64,000 bases of DNA from NCBI RefSeq assembly GCF_035594765.1, contig NC_085845.1:190294897-190358896 (forward strand), given 5' to 3'. Every line of letters begins with the position of its first letter. Within the stretch, counting starts at the first letter, position 1. This DNA comes from Anolis carolinensis (Eukaryota). Positions 46,201 through 58,993 of the stretch are shown one piece after another. Position numbers and translations under genes: made by a program. The notes under the pieces were generated by a model. The model was not told the origin of the DNA and did not search any database. It was given only the letters and a program-made list of their open reading frames with translations.

Positions 46201-49200
46201 TTGAAAACAGTGCTTTAATTTCGACATAGATTTTTAAAATGTTCTCATTTTCTCAATAATTGCTTCAAGTGTATTAACAGTTCAGATTGTCTCTTGGTGG
46301 AAGAGAAGTCATCTACAGATCTGATATTGTAAAGACTATGATGTCTTTAACCAAGCGTCATTGAGTAATAAGGCAAAGAGACAGTTATAAGAGCTCTCCT
46401 TACACAAAGTCAATAAATGTTTGTATCATACAGGAAAAACCCATGACAGCTATATTGTAAAAGGAAGATTTTTGGACACTTTCTGTCAATATAAATACGT
46501 TATGTCGACATCTATGCACCTTGTCATGCTGCCTTTTCATAATCATAGTCTCAAGAGCTTTAATTATCTTTTTCAGCTATCAGTATTTGCATTTGGGTTG
46601 TCTTGTGGTCTTTCATTGCTAATGTGTCACATGTTTCCCATTTTCCCCATGTGGGATGCAACTGGTCATTCTTCATTAGTAAAATGACAAGTCTCTTATT
46701 CATATAACACTCAAAATTAGGCTTCAGAAAGTTGAATTTCAAGAGATTAAAGTCTCTTTGTGGCTCCCTATGGCCCGGACCTTCTAATTTTATAAAATGC
46801 ATGAAACAGGCATTCTATTCTTTGGTACATAAACATGTTTTGGGCTGGTCAAATTTCTATCAAATGATCAGTTCAGCCTCAGACATTCAGAGAGCCTTGT
46901 TAGAGGTAACTGTTTTTTTAAAGATTGTTAAAACAGACAAGGATTTGATGACAACACCCCAAAATAACAGAGTACATGCATTGCAAAGTTTGTAGAAATT
47001 TGGAATCCAGAAAGTATGTTCTAAAATGCACAGTTTGGGGGTCTTCAAATTAAATTGATGTTCTTAAAATGTGAATCAAAATAAATTCTACAGTATGCTT
47101 AGATGTGACCTGGAAGTGGATATCACTGACACCACTTTCTTCATTATTTAGTAATCCAATAAATGTTGCACCAGTGAGCACAAGAGAAGGCTCCCAGTTT
47201 GAGTATCAGTGGATCTCAAACAGATCAAAATCTGCTGGGATACAAACTATGTTAATACAGTCAGATGATCAAGAACACAAAACATACTCAAATTACTTGA
47301 GTAGTAAACATGGAAACATCAAGAAGAAATCAATGTACATTATAAACAACAAGAAGAAATACATAATCCCTGTCTGAATTAAAACAACAATCAAAATGGA
47401 AATAACAATTGAAATAGATAACTGGAAGGATTGTGACCTTAAGTTTTGTCCTTACTGAGAGAATTCATATTGGCCTGAAAATGGATTTTGCTAGGAAGAG
47501 AGGAAACATACTGTGCAGAAATGCCATCTTCAGCCAATGGGACCACTGTGAAATCCAAGTCAGTCATAAAACTTAACAAATGCTTGAAACATTTACAACT
47601 CTCTGCAAATGTAATGGCACCTTTACCAAATACTTTTATTAAATTGCAAATTTTATGTGCCATAATGCCATGCACAATAAATTAGCAATGCCCTTATCAA
47701 TCTCATGGTGGATATGAAGGCAACCCAGAAGGGGGAAAAAATCATGTTTAGCGTTAAGGATAAATAAAGTAAAAAACACTTTATTGCTTTGTGACAGAGG
47801 ATTATAAAATACCTTACAATAATAGAGCACACGCCACAGTCCATAGAAGCGAAGGGATTGCCTTATAATGGAAAGAGCTAAAATTCAAAGTGGGGAAAAA
47901 GAGATCATGTCTGGAAGTATTATATAGTATTAAATCTTAGAATATTCTAGGGATGGCATCATAAAATCTTAAAGGAAATAAAGCTTAATACTTTGGGAAC
48001 TTAAGCTCCAAAAGACATGCAATTTTTGAAAGTCTGCTGATGCTTCAGCTTGGTGGATTGGACAGTTTCATAATACTTACCCAGAGTTTTCTGTCTTAAT
48101 TCTGATTAAGGTCTTGAACACATAGCAAAAGTATGGTTTACATAGATGACCTTTCATTGGTGTATAGAATCTCTGCAAATGAGAAAGAATACATTGTCAG
48201 CCACATAATAGCTGTTCTGTTTGCAGAGACAAGTACAAGATGGTGGAAGGTCCCAAAATGGACCTTTTCAGGATCTGGGGAGAACACTGGTGGTTTTGGA
48301 TATGATGGTTTCAAAGCTTTACAGATCCTCCAGAAGCCAGATATTTGGGCTTCTCAGAAACAAATGTACTTCACATTTGCTGGGGTTAGGAATACAGGGC
48401 CATTTTGAAGCTCAAAAACGTGACTAAAGAAATTGCATTTTTTTTGCCTGAGAGAATCCTCTCTAACAATTTCTAGGTCTTTCAGTATGACTGTATATGG
48501 TCAACATTGACTGGAAGCTGGCCATAAAATCACATTGGAGGATCTAGGGCAGGCCAATACAAACTGTAGCCCTCCAATACTCCAATACTGAAGCCCTAGG
48601 CAGCTTATCCAATGCTCAAGAATTCTGGGAGCTGAATTCCAAACCATGGATGTCCACAGAATGTGTAGGTCTGATCTAGAGATTCCTTAAGAGGTATTCT
48701 CTCTAGAAAGTCTAGGTCCTCCAGTATGACTGGAGCAAGTCGACCACAGTGGAGGACCTATTGATCCCTAGAGAGGACATTTTAATCAAATCTGTAAATA
48801 ATTAAATCTGTAAAAGTCAAAACTGCAAATGTGGAGGGACAACTGTAATATTCTCATCACATCCTGAAACGAGCCCATACATCTTCTAATCTTCTTAATG
48901 GTTTGTATTGGCCAGTTAGTGGGACCTCACTCATCTCTTACTTACTTTGTATTGCTCTTCCCATTGCTTATATCCTAGTATCGCTATACCATTTTATGTA
49001 TAAAAATGTGAATGAGGAGAAAAATTGAAAATATTTGGGAAATGGTTGAAAAACAAGGTAGTTTAGAGCATAAAACCCTGCCAAGTACTACCCTAAACTG
49101 AGAAGAATCTTTACATTTTGAAACTTGTTCTGCGCAAAATTCACATGTGATTATTTTGTACTAAAAACAGTATTTTAAACATTTTTTGTGCAGAAAAGCT

Positions 49201-49448
49201 ATCTTTTGTGAAGCAATACCATGCATAGATTTTGTGCAGAATAAGGCTTCTACTGTGTAGAGTCTGAGCAGTTTTGAAAAACTTTCACACAGTAAGAAAA
49301 AAATTGTTAAAATTATGTATAAATAGGAGTTAGAAGACTCTCCCTCAATTGAAAGGTGATCACTGGCCCAGTTAATTCTAAACAATCTAGCTGGTCTCTG
49401 CAGATCTTATATGTAGCAAGTTATGGCCATGGCCCTAATTCAGTATCT

Positions 49449-50324
49449 GCTGCTCAGTCGTTTAGTCGCCTCCGACTCTTCGTGACCTCATGGACCAGTC
49501 CATTCCAGAGCTCCCTGTCGGCCCTCACTGCCCCCCGTTCCTTCAAGGTCAAACCAGTCACTTCAAGGATACTGTCCATCCATTTTGCCCTTGGTCGGCC
49601 TCTCTTCCTTTTTCCTTCAATTTTCCCCAGCATCGTGATCTTTTCCAAGCTTTCCTGTCTCCTCATGATGTGGCCAAAATACTTCAGCTTTGCCTCTAAT
49701 ATCCTTCCCTCCAGTGAGCAGCTGGGCATTATTTCCTGGAGGATGGACTGGTTGGATCTTCTTGCGGTCCAAGGCACTCTCAGGATTTTCCTCAGCACCA
49801 GCGTCTATCGTCCTTCGCTCAGCCTTCCTTATGGTTCAGCTCTCGCATCCATCGGTTACTACGGGGAATACCATTGCTTTGACTATGCGGACCTTCGTTG
49901 CCAGTGTGATGTCTCTGCTCTTCACTATTTTGTCAAGGTTGGCCATTGCTCTCCTCCCAAGAAGTAAATGTCTTCTGATTTCTTGGCTGCAGTCTGCATC
50001 TGTAGTGATCTTCACGCCTAGAAATATAAAGTCTGTCACTGCCTCCATGTTTTCTCCTTCTATTTGCCGGTTATCAATAGGTGTAGTTGCCATGATCTTG
50101 GTTTTCTTGATGTTTAACTGCAACCCAGCTTTTGCTCTTCCTCACTTTCAGCCATCAGAGTGGTATCGTCTGCATACCTAAGATTGTTAATGTTTCTTCC
50201 AGCAATTTTAACTCTGGCCTTGGATTCCTCAAGCCCCGCATGTTGCATGATGTGTTCTGCATACAAGTTGAATAGGGAGGGTAAAAGTATGCAGCCCTGC
50301 CGCACTCCTTTCCCAATCTTGAAC
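49449..50324 (-). mobile_element. BovB (RTE clade) LINE, 5'-truncated with internal deletions
   Basis: WFKIGKGVRQGCIL, NNLRYADDTTL, LNIKKTKIM, RVPWTARRSNQSIL, LKYFGH, GKIEGKRKRGRPR..W, HEVTKSRRRL; 8-bp TSD CAGTATCT (49441-49448, 50325-50332). Confidence 0.93.
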
Positions 50325-51459
50325 CAGTATCTATGTCTCAATTATTTTCTTTTTTTTAGAGGGGGGTGGGAGGTACAAATAAGTCACCCACGGGATCACT
50401 TTTCTTGCTTAGTGACATTTTAAATGAAACCTACATGAAAAAAGAATGTGATCAATTCTTGTAATAAGATGAATTCCTTATTTCCACTTGGAAGGACAAG
50501 AAATGGGGGAAAAATCTATGTCTCAAAAATTCTACACAATTCAGTATTGTAAAGATTAATCAGCCTTATAATGATATAATAAAGAGGAAGAAAAAAAGAT
50601 GATCTAGATATGCATGACCTTTGCAAATTTTTAAAAAACAGATTAATACTTCGGGTTGAGTCCAGTTTCAGCTAAACTTCAACCAGGTGTACTGGAATCA
50701 ATGTAATGTTATATTTTAATGACAAGTTATTATTAGGTCTCCTGAATTTCAGTGGTCTTACTGATATGGTTAAATCTGAACAAAACATAAAGCTGAAAAA
50801 TCATTTCTGAAAATATTTGTAATTACTACAAGTCTGTTTCAGAATACATGTTAAGCAAGCTACTAGACTACATTTTAAAAACTGGGCTTTAAAAGATGTC
50901 TGGGCCATTTCTGAAATCTTATTTTTTATTGTTGTGTATCACCTTGGGAGCCTAGTGGAATGAAGTAATACATAAACGGTATACATAAACCAATAGGCAT
51001 CATCCAATTCAGGGAGTGCAATCCTAACACAAATATGTGTTTTTTGTGTGGATTCAGGTTAGGTGTAAGGTTCTTCTGCTGACATAAATGCCCTTTAGAC
51101 AGCAGAGCCCTCTTCTGCTATATGATCTCAGTTTTGCTGTCAAAATTGCTCTACTGCAGGGACAGCCAGCAGACTCAGGGTGAGGCGTAGCAAATAGACT
51201 TTCAGGTTTGGTCACTTATCCCACGGTTGCACAGAGCTCTATGGGAGACAGCAGCAGTTTGGCACTGACAGAGTCCCTGTACTGCCTGGAACAGGTGAAC
51301 AAAAGGAGTGGATATTTTGGATCCATAGTAATAGATCCACTGAAAGGACTGCTCTGCTGGATATGATCTACTTGCAGAACTGCCAAAAAGGGAAAGAGAA
51401 AGGATGAGGTCAATGAGGAATTAAAATTAGGCCAGTTTTAAATATCTAGCCTAAGTATA

Positions 51460-52097
51460 CTTACTTACTTAGGCAATCCCTTGTAGTTCGAGGATGATGG
51501 TCCTCCAAGTGTAGTGTCTTGGCAGAGGATGTGTAGGTGACTGTGGAGCCATCTTCTTGACCCGCATGTTCTTCCACAGTGAAGACATCGGAAGGTGGTC
51601 CTGGTCAGGATTGGCTTGATACACCTTCCTCTTGGCACGTTTCTCCCTTAAGCCCTCCATTCATGCCTCTTTAAATTCTACAGCACTGCTGGTCACAGCT
51701 GACCTCCAGTTAGAGCATTCAAGGGCCAGGGTTTCCCAGTTCTCGGTGTCTATGACACAGTTTTTAAGGTTGGCTTTGAGCCCATCTTTAAATTTCTTTT
51801 CCTGTCCACCAACATTACGTTTCTTGTTCTTGAGTTGGGAGTATAGTAACTGCGTTGGGAGATGGTGATCAGGCATTCGGACAACATGGCCAGTCCAGTG
51901 GAGTTGATGGCGTAGGAGCATTGCTTCAATGCTAGAAGTCTTTGCTTCTTCCAGCATGCTGGCATTTGTCCACCTGTATTCCCTAGAGATTTGTAAGATT
52001 TTTCAGAGGCAACATTGATGGAATCCTTCCAGGAGTTGAGGGTGACATCTGTAAACAGTCTATGTTTTGCAGGCATATAGCAAGGTTGGGAGAACAT
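51460..52097 (-). mobile_element. RTE-clade LINE (non-BovB) 3' end
   Basis: QLHWTGHVVRMPD..LP.QLLYSQL...GGQEKKFKDGLK...WE.LA...W, a C-terminal Zn-finger remnant and a (TAAG)n tail. Confidence 0.88.
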
Positions 52098-54305
52098 ATT
52101 AGGGAGAAGTCACACATGAGAAGGCTTCCAAGATCTCAAGATGTGGACTTTTTTCTCCAGGCCTTGAGGTAAAGGTGAGGCATGTTTCCTGGAAAAAGTG
52201 TACCTTTGTTTCTCTTATTAGACTTTGTTTTATATTGGCTGCATAATGGTAGACTGTGGGCAGCTTGGGTTGATGCTTAATGATATTACATCATAAGGGG
52301 GGCATTTCAACGTTTCAACAGTGAAATCTAAGGCCCTGGGATATTCCTCACCTGGCAAACAGTGGCATTTCTAGGGGAATGTTAAGGATGTGAAATGCGC
52401 TGGATGACATTATTGGGGAGAAGAATGACCCCAAAATGACTATCTATACAATTTTTGCAGCATTTCAGAACACATTTATCTTTTTAATAAAAATATCCCA
52501 ACTGCATTCATTTTATAGTGTAGATGCATCCAAGTAACTGCTTCCAGTGTTAGACTGCTCTGCGTGAACTGCCCTTCTTGTCAAGATGTTTCACCTTCTT
52601 GAGCTATTGTGGCATAGAACAGATCTTTCCCTCTTCTTGGTGACAGACTTTCAAATGTTCAAAGACTGCTTTCAAGCTCTCTTTCCTATCTTCTCTTCTC
52701 CAGATTAAACATATCATTTTTTTCCATCTTTCTTTATATTTGTTTTTTATGCTACCAATCATTGTCACTATCATGCACTTAAACTATTATGCACATCTAT
52801 ATCTTGTAACATTGTTAAGTTTGCCTCCCTTTGGGGCAACAGACTCCACAGAGGAAACTTGTTTCCACAATGCCATGACTAAACGTGAAAGGAAGCCCCG
52901 AGCAGAAGAGGTAAAATAATAAGAAATTTCCAGTAGATCCCCTCCTTCTGAAAATAAAATGATCTTAAATATTAATGAGTGCATAAGACCCTGACGATCT
53001 CAATGCAAACATTTTATGATGATCTGTACAATGCTTCTGACCTATGAAGATCATTAATTTCCAACCTAATAGCCTATCTGCTTCTGTACAACTTCTAAAG
53101 CTCGATTTGTCAGATTTGTATTATACAAAGAATATTGCTAATTATGTAAAACATAATGGGATGCTGTGCTGCATTATAAAAAAACAGGCAGGAAAAAGTA
53201 GATAATTATCAGTATTATAAAATCTTCAGTACCAGAAGACCTTAAACACTATGCGGACAAATGAAATTGTGATCATCTAGTAATTTCTTCATCTGACAAT
53301 GATTGCCCTTTAGGAAGAAAATGGATATAATTCCCATGGTCTAATGTTTAAGCTTTTGAGAAATTAGAAGCTCAGTACAATGATCTTTTTCCTCTCTCAC
53401 TTAAAAATATAATTTTCTGATTAGAAACTATTGTGGTTTTACTAGGAGGAGCATATTCAACTGTTCTCATTTATTCTCTTTCTTCTTCATTTATTTACCT
53501 TCTCCTCACTTAATTGGATAATCACTTGTCTTTTTTCTTTTAACATTAAAATGCTGCATAGAATTTTGCCTAATATGTGATGGCATACATATATTTATTT
53601 TATAAAGATTTGCATTTTGTTCATCCAGTAGTCAGCCAATGACATAGAAAATTAGTGCAACAGTATGTGTTACTCAGGTACTGATCTATAGAAGCATATT
53701 GCTTCTGATATAAGAGGGCATATTTAACCATTATGCTTCTATTCAGACTAAATGTCGATACAGTAAAAATTAGGGATGGGAACACACAGAAACCAGTGGC
53801 AGAACACTCCACTCTTCCTGGTCATCTCATTTCTGACTTCAGAACAATTGTCTTTGAAGAAGCAAAAACTACAAAGAAAGATTGGAAAGAGAAACAGCAG
53901 AATTTAAATGTATCAGCAAACTCTAATCCATTGACAGTGGATTAAACAATGACAATTGTTTCTTGGCACACTGCACATATTATAATACTAGTTAATGCTG
54001 CAGCCTCATGAAGACCCTTTTGACCAGTTCTTCCCATCTCCTTTCTAGTTTCCAGCCAGCATCATACTACATTCCAACTCTCTTCACTATTCATATGGTT
54101 GTCAACTCATCTTGGCTTTAGGAAACATTGTCTTTGTTTCCCAATTACTGTTGTTAAAACTGAACTTGCCACTTCATCACCATATCCAAAAGTTTTGCAT
54201 TTGTATGACTATTCATATAAACAGTCTACCTATAAATTTCTGTTCCCAAACACTTCACTCTATGCATCGGAGGAAACAGATTTAGGGCTCATCTTCACTA
54301 GGCAG

Positions 54306-55572
54306 GAGAGCTGTGCAATTGATAAAAAAATGTTTCAAAAGTCATTGCAAAATTATGGAGTGCCGGCATTTCATTTCTAAAGTGTTTCTAAAGTATCGTT
54401 ATTAAAAAATTGTTACAGTTATGATAGTAATGACATTTTGTTACTATTTCATTAAAAGTAATTGTATGCGTTGGGAGGGGGACTTCCAGGGCTCCTTTCT
54501 CTCTCATTTTTAGAGTTATTCGGGTGAAACTTGCTACAATGGTAGAATATGTTTAACACCCCCCTCTCCCAAGTTTCAAAATGTTTCACTCATCTGTTGA
54601 TTTTTGGGATTTTTTGTTTTTGCCAAAATAACTTTTTAAAAACAAACTTCAAGAGCTATGTCCTGGAAAGTTTCTACAACTACACAGCATAACCAGGGCA
54701 TCATTCACCTCAAATTTCAGAAAGATTAGCACATCAGCTGATTTTAGAGAATTTTATATATTTTTTGTCAAGAAAACATCTTTTTTTTTTTAGCTGCTTT
54801 GGCTGGTTGGAGTGGAATGGGGTGGTGTGGAGTAGGGTGGTGTGGGGTATGCAGCTAAGGCAACTTGTGCCAAAGTTAAACAAGGGGTTGTGATCTTTTT
54901 TTCTTTTTTTTGCTGTAATATACACACAGAAATCACACTAGCTCTAGAAAAAGTCGCTAAGGTAGCTTGTGCCAGCACCTTTCCTCTGCATTCATCAGTT
55001 CAGGGAAAAAGAAATAGATCATGCCATTGCCAATTTGAGAAGTCTGTGTGAGCTCCTGGCCATCATGGAGACCCTGTTCTGATATCAACCAAGGTGCCTG
55101 CAGAACCAGGAAGAAGGTTAGAAGATTGGCTTTCTCCCTCGTCCTGGTTGCAGGAATACTGCATGGGTACCTGCCACAGCCAGGATCTCATATTCTGAAC
55201 TTGTCATGGATTCATTGGCCAGTACAGATTCCATATCAGAAAAGTGGAGATCCACAGCTCAATCCAATGGTAAGTGGTTGAACAAGTGGTTGTGTTTTTT
55301 TTTTTTACTGGATTATGCACAGAGATCACACTAGCGCTACAAAAACCTGCCAAGGCAACTTGTGCCAGAGTGCTTGGTTGCTCTGTGAATTAAAACTGCA
55401 TCACAGAGAGTTACAACATTTACGCAACTTACAAAAAAAATACTAGGCTGAAGTTTCAATTATTAATTTTTTGGCACGGACAACGCCCATGCATCAGATA
55501 TTGCATCCTAAGTACGAATTTAATTAATTTGATCCGACTTATGACAAGTTACGAAAATTTTGCACGGCCCTA
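54306..55572. mobile_element. Non-autonomous hAT-like element with a nested insertion (about 54980-55275)
   Basis: Ends GAGAGCTGTGCAA / TTGCACGGCCCTA; 8-bp TSD CTAGGCAG/CTAGGCCG; an internal ~100-bp subrepeat is interrupted by sequence resembling 41415-41560 and 55660-55800. Confidence 0.6.
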
Positions 55573-56264
55573 CTAGGCCGAGCTGGAGCTTTAGATTAGA
55601 TGGCATAGGGGCATCTCACCTCCTCCATGTTGCTGCTATTAACATTCCTTGAGGGTCATAGAGCTCCATCCAAGGTCCTGGTCTCAGGGACATCTCTGCT
55701 GATATCAGAATGGGGCACCTGCACAACCAGAGATAAAAATGGGGGAAATATCACCTTCTTCCTGGTCAGAATTGAATGCCAATGTGGCCAGGAAGAAGAA
55801 GGGCAAATCCTTCTTTTGCATGGTAAGACAATGTAGAAAAAGGAAAACCGAGGGCCCCATTCACATGACAAAATTATAAATGTTTGGTCCCATCCTTGAA
55901 ATCTTGAGGTTAGTAGTTTAGTGAGGTGCTAAAGTGTTAAATCTGGGATTTCTAAATTCATCCTTTCTTCAGGGTGAGAAATGGTGGACCAAGCTCTCCT
56001 AATACCTGGAGCAGGAGGAGAATAGTTGCTGAGAACATTTTACTATTTTAATAATTGTTCTTCAAATTTCAGAGGGAGGAGGAGACTTCCAGAACTCTTC
56101 ACTATCTGTTTTTATTGTCATTGACATCAATTATTTTGTGTCATCAGCTAACATTGCCATTTCATTACTCACTCCTAAGTAGTACAGGTTATGAATAAAC
56201 AGGTTGAGTAATTAATATACTCCTTGTCATTAATAAATTAGTAAAAAATTAGAATGTAGATTAC

Positions 56265-56680
56265 CAAAGGTTCCCCATTGTTTCACATCCCTCGGTTGAA
56301 AGAACTGATCACTTATTCCTACTCTTTATTTCCAGTTTTTTTAACCACCTTTGATCCATAAGAATACTGTTCCTTACTGCTATATTTTCTTAACCTTGTG
56401 GAAGTCTAAGTAAATAGCATTTAGTGCTCACATGTTTCTTGACACTTTCAAAGAAATTTAAAAGGTTAGTATGACAAGACTTACCTTTGGAGAAGCTACG
56501 CAGATTCTTTTCTAGCAAGGTTTGCCCTTCTACATGCCATTCTACAGTTTCGCTTTTAAAAATGTTTTCCATCAATTTGTCTGGAACAGACACTAATCCA
56601 ACTGGCCTATAATTTCCTAGATCCCTCCCTTTTTTAAAAGGACTAGTTTTATATTGGCCATTCTGAGATCCTTTTGAGCA
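56265..56680 (-). mobile_element. Old CR1 RT fragment
   Basis: NYRPV-like sequence and FSKGKSCHTNLLNFFE on the minus strand. Confidence 0.7.
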
Positions 56681-58334
56681 AAAGATAATTTAAGGAACTT
56701 GTAACACATTTTAATTAGAAAATCAACACTGGGCTGACCGATCTCAGATCCAGGACCCATGCATGGCAGCCAACCCTTGTTCCCGTAATCAATAAACAAG
56801 TTGTGGCCAGTTTATACCCCAAACCTGTGTCTGGGTTGTCTTTGGTTTTTGGCGGGAGATGTGTCGCCTATGTACATGCAACCACGTGGAACTGGTGATT
56901 TGTTCGTTTTATAACTTGTAGCAAAGCTTTGAAATAATCAAAGTTTGCCTTCTTTCCTCATTCTCATTTTCTGGAAATATCAGGTTCAGCACAGGTTTAT
57001 CCTATATGCTCAGCAGGGAAGCATTACGAAGTTCTTTATTGATAATCTCTCTTCTATACTATAATTTTAGGTATCAGAAAGTTATGTTGTTGAAATTTAT
57101 ATGCTCAATAATACCTTTATTGGCCAATAGAAATGCACAAAACACTTCATGCAAGCTTTCAAACTTCCCATGGATTTCTCTTTAGGCCAAATATGTTAAA
57201 AATACAGGAGAATGGGGGGAAATGACTGGATTGCTGAAAATGGCAGAATTTAGACTTCAGTGCAATGGGATTATGCACTCAACTCATCTCTCCTGTGTTC
57301 AAGACTTCCCATTCCTTTACTAATTAATATATTCAATTCTGGTGGTTCAAAATTGTGCAATCTATTTTTTAAAGTGCAAAGAGACACCCTGAGTTCTGAA
57401 TTAAAGATATAATGTATGCCATACTCTTGATTCATGGCCTTACGTCTGACTCTTTTTGGCTTCTTACAGCTACAGGCTCTAACCTGTAAGGCACTGTCTT
57501 CCTCTACCCTTTCAAGCTATTAAAATGCCACTGTAGGTTGCCCACACAGTTTAGAAAGTCAGCTTCAAAGCTTTCAAATGTGCTGATTACCATTTGGAAC
57601 AGCTCTTAAGGTTTATATAAATAGCATTTGTTTTAAAATCTACTGCATTAGGGATTGCAATTGCCTGTAGTTGAACACATCTTCAGAAGTGAGAAGAAAA
57701 AGTAATTAAAGGAAGGATCTGAACATGATATATTGTAGCTGTCCCTACAAGCCTGGCATGCCTCTAGTGGATCAGTGCTTTAATTACACCTTTGTCAGCT
57801 GAGGATCAAAAGAGCCACTAAAACACTTCTTACAAAATACTTCTGAAGAGCAAACCATATTTCTTCGTTACCAGTTGCTAGTTCGTTAACATGGAGCGGA
57901 GCATAGCAAGTTCAAGTTTCACAAATGATACAAAGGGGATTGCATCCTTTTCAAGCTGTTCATTTGTTTGAACTGTCTTTAAAAAGCCCTCTGCTGTTCA
58001 TGGGACATCAATAAAAATTAAAGTACCATATGAGATTTTTTTTAAAAACCTCTCAATTTTTAATTCTCCCTGGATTTTTGAGTTCCATATTAACCTTTCC
58101 CAGCTAACCTTTCCTTAGTTAGAGTGTGGCAGCAGATGCTGAAATGCAGCAGTGTGGGGTTAGAGATGAGATGGGTGTGCTGTGCAGCTTGCTCTGAAAC
58201 CTCAAGCTACTCTAGATCTGACGAAGGATATCTCACTACCACCATTGAAAGAAGATTCATCTGACATTCTGATTTGTATTTTGGAGATTACATTGGCTGG
58301 AACCTTGTCTGTATTATATGTAGCTGTTATATAT

Positions 58335-58659
58335 GTAAAAAGGTAAAGGTTTTCCCCTGACATTAAGTCCAGTCGTGCCCGACTCTGGGGGTTGGGGCTC
58401 ATCTCCATTTCTAAGCCGAAGAGCCGGCGTTGTCCGTAGACACCTCCAAGGTCATGTGGCCAGCATGACTGCATGGAGCGCCGTTACCTTCCTGCCAGAG
58501 CGGTACCTATTGATCTACTCACATTGGCATGTTTTTGAACTGCTAGGTTGGCAAAAGCTGGAGCTAACAGCGGGTGCTCCCGCTGCTCCCGGGGTTTGAA
58601 CCTGGGACCTTTCGGTCTGCAAGTTCAGCAGCTCAGTGCTTTAACACACTTCGCCACCA
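58335..58659 (-). mobile_element. Sauria SINE
   Basis: Reverse complement of 16981-17304; TSD TTATATAT on both sides. Confidence 0.93.
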
Positions 58660-58686
58660 TTATATATCTATATCTCTATATATATA

Positions 58687-58993
58687 CAGTAGAGTCTCAC
58701 TTATCCAACACTCACTTACCCAACATTCTGGATTATCCAAAGCATTTTTGTAGTCAATGTTTTCAATACATCGTGATATTTTGGTGCTCAATTCATAAAT
58801 ACAGTAATTACTACATAGCATTACTGCGTATTGATCTACTTTTTCTGTCAAATTTGTTGTATAACATGATGTTTTAGTGCTTAATTTGTAAAATTATAAC
58901 CTAATTTGATTAACCTTAATCCCTCTTTATTATCCAACATATTTGCTTATCCAACGTTCTGCCCATTTATGTTGGATACGTGAGACTCTATTG
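58687..58993. mobile_element. Tigger/pogo-like MITE (family of 22449-22771)
   Basis: TA|CAGTAGAGTCTCACTTATCCAA...TTGGATACGTGAGACTCTATTG|TA. Confidence 0.92.
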
